Part shown: one piece after another, positions 13,657 to 28,600 of the stretch
How the letters are laid out: every line of letters starts with the position of its first letter
Position numbering within the stretch: position 1 is the stretch's first letter
NCBI GenBank assembly: GCA_964016885.1
Contig: OZ024742.1
Span: forward strand, 11,098,001-11,162,000
From: Eledone cirrhosa
Taxonomy: Eukaryota
DNA length: 64,000 nt
Direction: 5' to 3'
The notes under the pieces: generated by a model
Told to the model about the DNA's origin: nothing
Databases searched by the model: none
The model's input: the letters and a program-made list of their open reading frames with translations, nothing else
Program-made: the position numbers and the translations under genes

Positions 13657-16600
13657 CTTACAGGTGATATACTCAGGTAAGGTGGATATATCTGGGTCAC
13701 AGGACACTTTACAGGTGATATACTCAGGTAAGGTGGATATATCTGGGTCACAGGACACTTTACAGGTGATATACTCAGGTAAGGTGGATATATCTGGGTT
13801 AGGACACCTTACAGGTGATATACTCAGGTAAGGTGGATATATCTGGGTCACAGGACACTTTACAGGTGATATACTCAGGTAAGGTGGATATATCTGGTCT
13901 AGGACACCTTACAGGTGATATACTCAGGTAAGGTGGATATATCTGGGTCACAGGACACCTTACAGGTGATATACACAGGTGAGGTGAATATATCTGGGTT
14001 AGGACACCTTACAGGTGATATACTCAGGTAAGGTGGATATATCTGGGTTATAGGACACCTTACATGTGATATACTCAGGTAAGGTGGATATATCTGGGTT
14101 AGGACACCTTACAGGTGATATACTCAGGTAAGGTGGATATATATGGGTTAGGACACCTTACAGGTGATATACTCAGGTAAGGTGGGTATATCTGGGTTAT
14201 GACACCTTACAGGTGATATAGTCAGGTAAGGTGGATATATCTGGTTTAGGACACCTTACAGGTGATATACTCAGGTAAGGTGGATATATCTGGGTTAGGA
14301 CACCTTACAGGTGATATACTCAGGTTAGGTGGATATATCTGTGTTAGGACACCTTACAGGTGATATACTCAGGTAAGGTGGATATATATGGGTTAGGACA
14401 CCTTACAGGTGATATACTCAGGTAAGGTGGATATATCTGGGTTATGACACCTTACAGGTGATATACTCAGGTAAGGTGGATATATCTGGGTTAGGACACC
14501 TTACAGGTGATATACTCAGGTAAGGTGGATATATCTGGGTTATGACACCTTACAGGTGATACACTCAGGTAAGGTGGATATATCTGGGTTAGGACACCTT
14601 ACAGTTGATATACTCAGGTAAGGTGGATATATCTGGGTTAGGACACCTTACAGGTGATATACTCAGGTAAGGTGGATATATCTGGGTTATGACACCTTAC
14701 AGGTGATATACTCAGGTAAGGTGGATATATCTGGGTTAGGACACCTTACAGGTGATATACTCAGGTAAGGTGGGTATATCTGGGTTAGGACACCTTACAG
14801 GTGATATACTCAGGTAAGGTGGGTATATCTGGGTTAGGACACCTTACAGGTGATATACTCAGGTAAGGTGGATATATCTGGGTTAGGACACCTTACAGGT
14901 GATATACTCAGGTAAGGTGGGTATATCTGGGTTAGGACACCTTACAGGTGATATACTCAGGTAAGGTGGGTATATCTGGGTTAGGACACCTTACAGGTGA
15001 TATACTCAGGTAAGGTGGATATATATGGGTTAGGACACCTTACAGGTGATATACTCAGGTAAGGTGGATATATCTGGGTTATGACACCTTACAGGTGATA
15101 TACTCAGGTAAGGTGGATATATCTGGGTTAGGACACCTTACAGGTGATATACTCAGGTAAGGTGGGTATATCTGGGTTATGACACCTTACAGGTGATATA
15201 GTCAGGTAAGGTGGATATATCTGGTTTAGGACACCTTACAGGTGATATACTCAGGTAAGGTGGATATATCTGGGTTAGGACACCTTACAGGTGATATACT
15301 CAGGTTAGGTGGATATATCTGTGTTAGGACACCTTACAGGTGATATACTCAGGTAAGGTGGATATATCTGGGTTATGACACCTTACAGGTGATATACTCA
15401 GGTAAGGTGGATATATCTGGGTTAGGACACCTTACAGGTGATATACTCAGGTAAGGTGGATATATCTGGGTTAGGACACCTTACAGGTGATATACTCAGG
15501 TAAGGTGGATATATCTGGGTTATGACACCTTACAGGTGATACACTCAGGTAAGGTGGATATATCTGGGTTAGGACACCTTACAGTTGATATACTCAGGTA
15601 AGGTGGATATATCTGGGTTAGGACACCTTACAGGTGATATACTCAGGTAAGGTGGATATATCTGGGTTATGACACCTTACAGGTGATATACTCAGGTAAG
15701 GTGAATATATCTGGGTTAGGACACCTTACAGGTGATATACTCAGGTAAGGTGGGTATATCTGGGTTAGGACACCTTACAGGTGATATACTCAGGTAAGGT
15801 GGGTATATCTGGGTTAGGACACCTTACAGGTGATATACTCAGGTAAGGTGGGTATATCTGGGTTAGGACACCTTACAGGTGATATACACAGGTAAGGTGG
15901 ATATATATGGGTTAGGACACCTTACAGGTGATATACTCAGGTAAGGTGGGTATATCTGGGTTAGGACACCTTACAGGTGATATACTCAGGTAAGGTGGAT
16001 ATATATGGGTTAGGACACCTTACAGGTGATATACTCAGGTAAGTTGGATATATCTGGGTTAGGACACCTTACAGGTGATATACTCAGGTAAGGTGGATAT
16101 ATCTGGGTTAGGACACCTTACAGGTGATATACTCAGGTAAGGTGGGTATATCTGGGTTAGGACACCTTACAGGTGATATACTCAGGTAAGGTGGATATAT
16201 CTGGGTTAGGACACCTTACAGGTGATATACTCAGGTAAGGTGGATATATCTGGGTTAGGACACCTTACAGGTGATATACTCAGGTAAGGTGGATATATCT
16301 GGGTTAGGACACCTTACAGGTGATATACTCAGGTAAGGTGGGTATATCTGGGTTAGGACACCTTACAGGTGATATACTCAGGTAAGGTGGATATATATGG
16401 GTCATAGGACACCTTACATGTGATATACTAAGGTAAGGTGGATATATCTGGGTTAGGACAGCTTACAGTTGATATACTCAGGTAAGGTGGATATATCTGG
16501 GTTAGGACAGCTTACAGTTGATATACTCAGGTAAGTTGGATATATCTGGGTTAGGACACCTTACAGGTGATATACTCAGGTAAGGTGGATATATATGGGT

Positions 16601-19600
16601 TAGGACACCTTACAGGAGATATACTCAGGTTAGGTGGATATATCTGTGTTAGGACACCTTACAGGTGATATACTCAGGTAAAGCGGGTATATCTGGGTTA
16701 GGACACATTACAGGTGATATACTCTGGTAAGTTGGATATATATGGGTTAGGACACCTTACAGGTGATATACTCAGGTAAGGTGGATATATCTGGGTTAGG
16801 ACACCTCACAGGTGATATACTCAGGTAAGGTGGATATATATGGGTTAGGACACCTTACAGGTGATATACTCAGGTGAGGTGGATATATCTGTGTCATCGG
16901 ACACCTTACAGGTGATTAACTCAGGTAGGGTCGATATATCTGGGTCATAGGACACCTTAGAGGTGATATACTCAGGTAAGGTGGATATATCTGGGTTAGG
17001 ACACCTTACAGGTAATATACTCAGGTAAGGTGGATATATCTAGGTTAGGACACCTTACAGGTGGTATACTCAGGTGAGGTGGATATATCTGTGTCATCGG
17101 ACACCTTACAGGTGATAAACTCAGGTAGGGTCGATATATCTGGGTCATAGGACACCTTAGAGGTGATATACCCAGGTAAGGTGGATATATCTGGGTCATA
17201 GGACACCTTACAGGTGATATACTCAGGTAAGGTGGATATATCTGGGTTAGGACACCTTACAGGTAATATACTCAGGTAAGGTGGATATATCTAGGTTAGG
17301 ACACCTTACAGGTGGTATACTCAGGTGAGGTGGATATATCTGTGTCATCGGACACCTTACAGGTGATAAACTCAGGTAGGGTCGATATATCTGGGTCATA
17401 GGACACCTTAGAGGTGATATACCCAGGTAAGGTGGATATATCTGGGTCATAGGACACCTTACAGGTGATATACTCAGGTAAGGTGGATATATCTGTGTTA
17501 GGACACCTTACAGGTAATATACTCAGGTAAGGTGGATATATCTAGGTTAGGACACCTTACAGGTGGTATACTCAGGTGAGGTGGATATATCTGTGTCATC
17601 GGACACCTTACAGGTGATAAACTCAGGTAGGGTCGATATATCTGGGGCATAGGACACCTTAGAGGTGATATACTCAGGTAAGGTGGATAGATCTGGGTCA
17701 TAGGACACCTTACATGTGATATACTCAGGTGAGGTGGATATATATGGGTTAGGACACCTTACAGGTGATATACTAAGGTAAGGTGGATATATCTGGGTTA
17801 GGACACCTTACAGGTGATATACTCAGGTAAGGTGGATATATATGTGCCATAGGACACCTTACAGGTGATATACTCAGGTAAGGTGGATATATCTGGGTCA
17901 TAGGACACCTTACAGGTGATATACTCAGGTAAGGTGGATATATCTGTGTCATAGGACACCTTACAGGTGATAAACTCAGGTAGTGTCGATATATCTGGGT
18001 CATAGGACACCTTAGAGGTGATATACTCAGGTATGGTGGATATATCTAGGTTAAGACACCTTACAGTTCATATACTCAGGTAAGGTGGATATATCTGGGT
18101 TAGGACACCTTACAGGGGATATACTCAGGTAAGGTGGATATATCTGGGTTAGGACACCTTACAGGTGATATACTCAGGTGAGGTGGATATATATGGGTTA
18201 GGACACCTTACAGGTGATATACTCAGGTGAGGTGGATATATCTGTGTCATCGGACACCTTACAGGTGATAAACTCAGGTAGGGTCGATATATCTGGGTCA
18301 TAGGACACCTTAGAGGTGATATACTCAGGTAAGGTGGATATATCTGGGTTAGGACACCTTACAGTTGATATACTCAGGTAAGGTGGATATATCTAGGTTA
18401 GGACACCTTACAGTTGATATACTCAGGTAAGGTGGATATATCTGGGTTAGGACACCTTACAGGTGATATAGTAAGGTAAGGTGGGTATATCTGGGTTAGG
18501 ACACCTTACAGTTGATATACTCAGGTAAGGTGGATATATCTGGGTTAGGACACCTTACAGTTGATATACACAGGTAAGGTGGATATATCTGGGTTAGGAC
18601 ACCTTACAGTTGATATACTGAGGTAAGGTGGATATATCTGGGTTAGGACACCTTACAGGTGATATACTCAGGTAAGGTGGATATATCTGGGTTAGGACAC
18701 CTTACAGCTGATATACTCAGGTAAGGTGGGTATATCTGGGTTAGGACACCTTACAGGTGATATACTCAGGTAAGGTGGGTATATCTGGGTTATGACACCT
18801 TACAGTTGATATACTCAGGTAAGGTGGATATATCTGGGTTAGGACACCTTACAGTTGATGTACTCAGGTAAGGTGGGTATATCTGGGTTAGGACACCGTA
18901 CAGGTGATATACTCAGGTAAGGTGGATATATCTGGGTTAGGACACCTTACAGTTGATATACTCAGGTAAGGTGGATATATCTGGGTTAGGACACCTTACA
19001 GGTGATATACTCAGGTAAGGTGGATATATCTGGGTTAGGACACCTTACAGGTGATATACTCAGGTAAGGTGGATATATCTGGGTTAGGACACCTTACAGG
19101 TGATATACTCAGGTGAGGTGGATATATCTAGGTTAGGACACCTTACAGGTGATATACTCAGGTAAGGTGGATATATCTAGGTTAGGACACCTTACAGTTG
19201 ATATACTCAGGTAAGGTGGATATATCTGGGTTAGGACACCTTACAGGTGATATAGTAAGGTAAGGTGGATATATCTGGGTTAGGACACCTTACAGTTGAT
19301 ATACTCAGGTAAGGTGGATATATATGGGTTAGGACACCTTACAGGTGATATACTCAGGTAATGTGGGTATATCTGGGTTAGGACACCTTACAGGTGATAT
19401 ACTCAGGTAAGGTGGATATATCTGGGTTAGGACACCTTACAGGTGATATACTCAGGTAAGGTGGATATATCTGGGTTAGGACACCTTACAGGTGATATAC
19501 TCAGGTAAGGTGGATATATCTGTGCCATAGGACACCTTACAGGTGATATACTCAGGTAAGGTGGATATATCTGGGTCATAGGACACCTTACATATGATAT

Positions 19601-22600
19601 ACTCAGGTGAGGTGGATATATCTGGGTTAGGACACCTTACAGGTGATATACTAAGGTAAGGTGGATATATCTGGGTTAGGACACCTTACAGGTGATATAC
19701 TCAGGTAAGGTGGATATATCTGGGTTAGGACACCTTACAGGTGATATACTAAGGTAGGGTGGATATATCTGGGTTAGGACACCTTACAGTTGATATACTC
19801 AGGTAAGGTGGATATATCTGTGTCATAGGACACCTTACAGGTGATAAACTCAGGTAAGGTGGATATATCAGGGGTAGGACACCTTACAGTTGATATACTC
19901 AGGTAAGGTCGATATATCTGGGTCATAGGACACCTTAGAGGTGATATACTCAGGTAAGGTGGATATATCTGTGTCATAGGACACCTTACAGGTGATAAAC
20001 TCAGGTAAGGTGGATATATCAGGGGTAGGACACCTTACAGTTGATATACTCAGGTAAGGTCGATATATCTGTGTCATAGGTCACCTTACAGGTGATATAC
20101 TCAGGTATGGTGGATATATCTAGGTTAAGACACCTTACAGTTGATATAATCAGGTAAGGTGGATATATCTGGGTTATGACACCTTACAGGTGATATACTC
20201 AGGTAAGGTGGATATATCTGGTAGATAGGACACCTTACAGGGGATATACTCAGGTAATGTGGATATATCTGGGCTAGGACACCTTACAGGTGATATACTC
20301 AGGTAAGGTGGATATATCTGGGTTAGGACACCTCACAGGTGATATACTCAGGTAAGGTGGATATATATGGGTTAGGACACCTTACAGGTGATATACTCAG
20401 GTGAGGTGGATATATCTGTGTCATCGGACACCTTACAGGTGATAAACTCAGGTAGGGTCGATATATCTGGGTCATAGGACACCTTAGAGGTGATATACTC
20501 AGGTAAGGTGGATATATCTGGGTTAGGACACCTTACAGTTGATATACTCAGGTAAGGTGGATATATCTAGGTTAGGACACCTTACAGTTGATATACTCAG
20601 GTAAGGTGGATATATCTGGATTAGGACACCTTACAGGTGATATACACAGGTAAGGTGGATATATCTGGGTTAGGACACCTTATAGTTGATATACTCAGGT
20701 AAGGTGGATATATCTGGGTTAGGACACCTTACAGGTGATATACTCAGGTAAGGTGGATATATCTGGGTTAGGACACCTTACAGGTGATATACTCAGGTAA
20801 GGTGGATATATCTGGGTTAGGACACCTTACAGTTGATATACTCAGGTAAGGTGGATATATCTGTGTCATAGGACACCTTACAGGTGATATACTAAGGTAG
20901 GGTGGATATATCTGGGTTAGGACACCTTACAGGTGATATACTCAGGTAAGGTGGATATATCTGGGTTAGGACACCTTACAGTTGATATACTCAGGTAAGG
21001 TCGATATATCTGGGTCATAGGACACCTTAGAGGTGATATACTCAGGTATGGTGGATATATCTAGGTTAAGACACCTTACAGTTGATATAATCAGGTAAGG
21101 TGGATATATCTGGGTTATGACACCTTACAGGTGATATACTCAGGTAAGGTGGATATATTTGGGTTAGGACACCTTACAGGTGATATACTCAGGTAAGGTG
21201 GATATATCTTGTTCATAGGTCACCTTACAGGTGATATACTCAGGTAAGGCGGGTATATCTGGGTTAGGACACATTACAGGTGATATACTCAGGTAAGGTG
21301 GATATATCTGGGTTAGGACACCTTACAGGTGATATACTCAGGTAAGGTGGATATATCTGTGTCATAGGACACCTTACAGGTGATAAACTCAGGTAAGGTG
21401 GATATATCAGGGGTAGGACACCTTACAGTTGATATACTCAGGTAAGGTCGATATATCTGTGTCATAGGTCACCTTACAGGTGATATACTCAGGTATGGTG
21501 GATATATCTAGGTTAAGACACCTTACAGTTGATATAATCAGGTAAGGTGGATATATCTGGGTTATGACACCTTACAGGTGATATACTCAGGTAAGGTGGA
21601 TATATCTGGTAGATAGGACACCTTACAGGGGATATACTCAGGTAATGTGGATATATCTGGGCTAGGACACCTTACAGGTGATATACTCAGGTAAGGTGGA
21701 TATATCTGGGTTAGGACACCTCACAGGTGATATACTCAGGTAAGGTGGATATATATGGGTTAGGACACCTTACAGGTGATATACTCAGGTGAGGTGGATA
21801 TATCTGTGTCATCGGACACCTTACAGGTGATAAACTCAGGTAGGGTCGATATATCTGGGTCATAGGACACCTTAGAGGTGATATACTCAGGTAAGGTGGA
21901 TATATCTGGGTTAGGACACCTTACAGTTGATATACTCAGGTAAGGTGGATATATCTAGGTTAGGACACCTTACAGTTGATATACTCAGGTAAGGTGGATA
22001 TATCTGGATTAGGACACCTTACAGGTGATATACACAGGTAAGGTGGATATATCTGGGTTAGGACACCTTATAGTTGATATACTCAGGTAAGGTGGATATA
22101 TCTGGGTTAGGACACCTTACAGGTGATATACTCAGGTAAGGTGGATATATCTGGGTTAGGACACCTTACAGGTGATATACTCAGGTAAGGTGGATATATC
22201 TGGGTTAGGACACCTTACAGTTGATATACTCAGGTAAGGTGGATATATCTGTGTCATAGGACACCTTACAGGTGATATACTAAGGTAGGGTGGATATATC
22301 TGGGTTAGGACACCTTACAGGTGATATACTCAGGTAAGGTGGATATATCTGGGTTAGGACACCTTACAGTTGATATACTCAGGTAAGGTCGATATATCTG
22401 GGTCATAGGACACCTTAGAGGTGATATACTCAGGTATGGTGGATATATCTAGGTTAAGACACCTTACAGTTGATATAATCAGGTAAGGTGGATATATCTG
22501 GGTTATGACACCTTACAGGTGATATACTCAGGTAAGGTGGATATATTTGGGTTAGGACACCTTACAGGTGATATACTCAGGTAAGGTGGATATATCTTGT

Positions 22601-25600
22601 TCATAGGTCACCTTACAGGTGATATACTCAGGTAAGGCGGGTATATCTGGGTTAGGACACATTACAGGTGATATACTCAGGTAAGGTGGATATATCTGGG
22701 TTAGGACACCTTACAGGTGATATACTCAGGTAAGGTGGATATATCTGGGTTAGGACACATTACAGGTGATATACTCAGGTAAGGCGGGTATATCTGGGTT
22801 AGGACACATTACAGGTGATATACTCAGGTAAGGCGGGTATATCTGGGTTAGGACACATTACAGGTGATATACTCAGGTAAGGCGGGTATATCTGGGTTAG
22901 GACACGTTACAGGTGATATACTCTGGTAAGTTGGATATATATGGGTTAGGACACCTTACAGGTGTATATACTCAGGTAAGGTGGATATATCTGCGTTAGG
23001 ACCCCTTACAGGTGATATACTCTGTTAAGGTGGATATCTCTGGGTCATAGGACACTTTACAGGTGATATACTCAGGTAAGGCGGGTATATATGGGTTAGG
23101 ACACCTTACAGGTGATATACTCAGGTAAGGTGGATATATCTGGGCTAGGACACCTTACAGGTGATATACTCAGGTAATGTGGATATATCTGGGTCAGGAC
23201 ACATTACTGGTGATATACTCAGGTAAGGTGGATATATATGGGTTAGGACACCTTACAGGTGATATACTCAGGTGAGGTGGATATATATGGGTTAGGACAC
23301 CTTCCAGGTGATATACTCAGGTAAGGTGGATATATCTGTGTCATAAAACACTTTAAAGGTGATATATTCAGGTAAGGTGGATATATCTGGGACATAGGAC
23401 AACTTACAGGTGATATACTCAGGTAAGGTGGATATATCTGGGTCATAGGACACCTTACAGGTGATATACTCAGGTAAGGTGGATATATCTGGGACATAGG
23501 ACACCTTACAGGTGATATACTCAGGTAAGGTGGATATATGTGGGTCATAGGACACCTTACAGGTGATATACTCAGGTAAGGTGGATATATCTGGGTCATA
23601 GGACACCTTTCAGGTGATATACTCAGGTAAGGTGGATATATCAGGGGTAGGACACCTTACAGATGATATACTCACGTAAGCTGTATATCTCTGTGTTAGG
23701 ACCCCTTACAGTTGATATACTCAGGTAAGGTGCATATATCTGGGGTAGGACACCTTACAGGTGATATACTATGGTAAGGTGGATATATCTGGGTTAGGAC
23801 ATCTTACAGGTTATATACACACGTAAGGTGGATATATCTGGGTTAGGACACCTTACAGGTGATATACACAGGTAAGGGGGGATATATCTGGGTTAGGACA
23901 CCTTACAGGTGATATACTCAGTTAAGGTGGATATATCTGTGTCATAGGACACTTTACAGGTGATATTCTCAGGTGAGGTGGATATATCTGGGCTAGGTCA
24001 CCTTACAGGTGATATACACAGGTAAGGTATATATATCTGGGTTAGGACACCTTACAGGTGATATACTCTGGTAAGGTGGATATATCTGGTTTAGGACACC
24101 TTACATGTGATATACTCAGGTAAGGTGGATATATCTGGTTTAGGACACCTTACATGTGATATACACACGTAAGGGGGATATATCGGGGTTAGGACACCTT
24201 ACAGGTGATATACACAGGTAAGGGGATATATCTGGGTTAGGACACCTTACAGGTGATATACTCAGGTAGGGTGGATATATCTGGGTCATAGGACACCTTA
24301 CCGGTGATATTCTCAGGTGAGGTGGATATATCTGGGTTAGGACACCTTACAGGTGATATACTCAGGTAAGGTGGATATATGTGGGTCATAGATCACCTTA
24401 CAGGTGATATACTCAGGTAACGGGGATATATCTGGGTTAGGACACCTTACAGGTGATATATTCTGGTAAGGTGGATATACCTGGGTTAGGACTCCTTACA
24501 GGTGATATATTCAGGTAAGGGGGATATATCTGGGTTAGGACACATTACAGGTGTATATACTCAGGTAAGGTGCATATATCTGGGTCATAGAAACCTTACA
24601 AGTGATATACTCAGGTAAGGTGGATATATCTGGGTCATAGGACACCTTACAGGTGATATACTCTGGTAAGGTGGGTATATCTGGGTTAGTACACCATACA
24701 GGTAATATACTCAGGTAAGGTGGATATATCTGGGTCATACGACACCTTACAGGTGATATACGCAGCTAAGGTGGATATATCTGGGTCATAGCACACCTTA
24801 CAGGTGATATACTCAGGTAAGGTGGATATATCTGGGCTAGGACAACTTACAGATTATATACTCAGGTAAGGTGGATATATCTGTGTCATAGGACACCTTA
24901 CAGGTGATATACTCAGGTAAGGTGGATATATCTGGGTTAGGACACCTTACAGGTGTATATACTCAGGTAAGGTGGATATATCTGAGTTAGGAAACCTTAC
25001 AGGTAATATACTCAGGTAAGGTGGATATATCTGGTTTAGAACACCTTACAGGTGATATACTCAGGTAAGGTGGATATATCTGTGTCATAGGACACCTTAC
25101 AGGTGATATACTCAGGTGAGGTAGATATATCTGGTCTAGGACACCTTACAGGTGATATACTCAGGTAAAGGTGGATATATCTGAGTTAGGAAACCTTACA
25201 GGTGATATACACACGTAAGGTGGATATATCTGGGTTAGGACACCTTACAGGTGATATACTCAGGTAAGGTGGATATATCTGGGTTATGACACCTTACAGG
25301 TGATATACTCAGGTAAGGTGGATATATCTGGGTTAGGACACCTTACAGGTGATATACTCTGGTAAGGTGGGTATATCTGGGTTAGGACACCTTACAGGTG
25401 ATATACACACGTAAGGTGGATATATCGGGGTTAGGACACCTTACAGGTGATATACACACGTAAGGTGGATATATCTGGGTTAGGACACCTTACAGGTGAT
25501 ATACTCAGGTAAGGTGGATATATGTGGGTCATAGATCACCTTACAGGTGATATACTCAGGTAAGGGGGATATATCTGGGTTAGGACACCTTACTGGTGAT

Positions 25601-28600
25601 ATACTCTGGTAATGTGGATATATCTGGGTTAGGACTCCTTACATGTGATATACTCAGGTAAGGTGGGTATATCTGGGTTAGGACACCTTACAGGTGTATA
25701 TACTCAGGTAAGGTGCATATATCTGGGTCATAGGACACCTTACAAGTTATATACTCAGGTAAGGTGGATATATCTGGGTCATAGGACACATTACAGGTGA
25801 TATACTCAGGTAAGGTGGGTATATCTGGGTTAGGACACCTTACAGGTGTATATACTCAGGTAAGGTGGATATATCTGGGTTAGGACACCTTACAGGTGAT
25901 ATACTCAGGTAAGGTGGATATATCTGTGCCATAGGACACCTTACAGGTGATATACTCAGGTAAGGTGGGTATATCTGGGTTAGGACACCTTACAGGTGTA
26001 TATACTCAGGTAAGGTGGATATATCTGGTTTAGGACACCTTACAGGTGATATACTAAGGTAAGTTGGATATATCTTGTTCATAGGACACCTTACAGCTGA
26101 TATACTCAGGTAAGGTGGATATATCCGGGTTAGGACACCTTACAGGTGATATACTCAGGTAAGGTGGATATATCTGGGTTAGGACACCTTACAGGTGATA
26201 TACTCAGGTAAGGTGGATATATCTGGGCTAGGACACCTTACAGGTGATATACTCAGGTAAGGTGGATATATCTGTGTCATAGGACAGCTTACAGGTGATA
26301 TACGCAGGTATGGTGGATATATCTGGGTCATAGGACACTTTACAGGTGATATTCTCAGGTGAGGTGGATATATCTGGGCTAGGTCACCTTACAGGTGATA
26401 TACACAGGTAAGGTATATATATCTGGGTTAGGACACCTTACAGGTGATATACTCTGGTAAGGTGGATATATCTGGGTTAGGACACCTTACAGGTGATATA
26501 CTCAGGTAAGGTGGATATATCTGGGTTAGGACACCTTACAGGTGATATACTCAGGTAAGGTGGATATATCTGGGTTAGGACACCTTACAGGTGATATACT
26601 CAGGTAAGGGGGATATATCTGGGTTAGGACACCTTACAGGTGATATACACAGGTAAGGGGATATATCTGGGTTAGGACACCTTACAGGTGATATACTCAG
26701 GTAAGGTGGATATATCTGGGTTAGGACACCTTACAGGTGATATACACACGTAAGGGGGGATATATCGGGGTTAGGACACCTTACAGGTGATATACACAGG
26801 TAAGGGGATATATCTGGGTTAGGACACCTTACAGGTGATATACTCAGGTAAGGTGGATATATCTGGGTCATAGGACACCTTACAGGTGATATTCTCAGGT
26901 GAGGTGGATATATCTGGGTTAGGACACCTTACAGGTGATATACTCAGGTAAGGTGGATATATGTGGGTCATAGATCACCTTACAGGTGATATACTCAGGT
27001 AAGGGGGATATATCTGGGTTAGGACACCTTACAGGTAATATACTCAGGTAAGATGCATATATCTGGGTCATAGAAACCTTACAAGTGATATACTCAGGTA
27101 AGGTGGATATATCTGGGTCATAGGACACCTTACAGGTGATATACGCAGCTAAGGTGGATATATCTGGGTCATAGCACACCTTACAGGTGATATACTCAGG
27201 TAAGGTGGATATATCTGGGCTAGGACAACTTACAGATTATATACTCAGGTAAGGTGGATATATCTGTGTCATAGGACACCTTACAGGTGATATACTCAGG
27301 TAAGGTGGATATATCTGGTTTAGGACACCTTACAGTTGATATACTCAGGTAAGGTGGATATATCTGTGTCATAGGACACCTTACAGGTGATATACTCAGG
27401 TGAGGTGGATATATCTGTGTCATAGGACACCTTACAGGTGATATACTCAGGTGAGGTGGATATATCTGCGTCATAGGACACTTTACAGGTGATATATTCA
27501 GGTAACGTGGATATATCTGGTCTAGGACACCTTACAGGTGATATACTCAGGTAAGGTGGGTATATCTGGGTTAGGACATCTTAGAAGTGATATACACACG
27601 TAAGGTGGATATATCTGGGTTAGGACACCTTACAGGTGATATACACAGGTAAGGGGGGATATATCTGGGTTAGGACACCTTACAGGTGATATACTCAGGT
27701 AAGGTGGATATATCTGGGTTAGGACACCTTACAGGTGATATACTCTGGTAAGGTGGGTATATCTGGGTTAGGACACCTTACAGTTGATATACTCAGGTAA
27801 GGTGGATATTTCTTGGTTAGGACACCTTACAGGTGATATACACACGTAAGGTGGATATATCGGGGTTAGGACACCTTACAGGTGATATACACACGTAAGG
27901 TGGATATATATGGGTTAGGACACCTTACAGGTGATATACTCAGGTAAGGTGGATATATCTGGGTCATAGGACACCTTACAGCTGATATACTCAGGTAAGG
28001 TGGATATATCTGGGTTAGGACACCTTACAGGTGATATACTCAGGTAAGGTGGATATATATGTGTCATAGGACAGCTTACAGGTGATATACGCAGGTATGG
28101 TGGATATATCTGCGTCATAGGACACTTTACAGGTGATATATTCAGGTAATGTGGATATATCTGGTCTAGGACACCTTACAGGTGATATACTCAGGTAAGG
28201 TGGATATATGTGGGTTAGGACACCTTACAGTTGATATACTCAGGTAAGGTGGATATATCTGGGTTAGGACACCTTACAGGTGATATACTCAGGTAAGGTG
28301 GGTATATCTGGGTTAGGACACCTTACAGGTGATATACTCAGGTAAGGTGGGTATATCTGGGTTAGGACACCTTACAGGTGATATACTCAGGTAAGGTGGG
28401 TATATCTGGGTTAGGACACCTTACAGGTGATATACTCAGGTAAGGTGGGTATATCTGGGTTAGGACACCTTACAGGTGATATACTCAGGTAAGGTGGGTA
28501 TATCTGGGTTAGGACACCTTACAGGTGATATACTCAGGTGAGGTGGGTATATCTGGTTTAGGACACCTTACAGTTGATATACTCATGTGAGGTGGGTATA

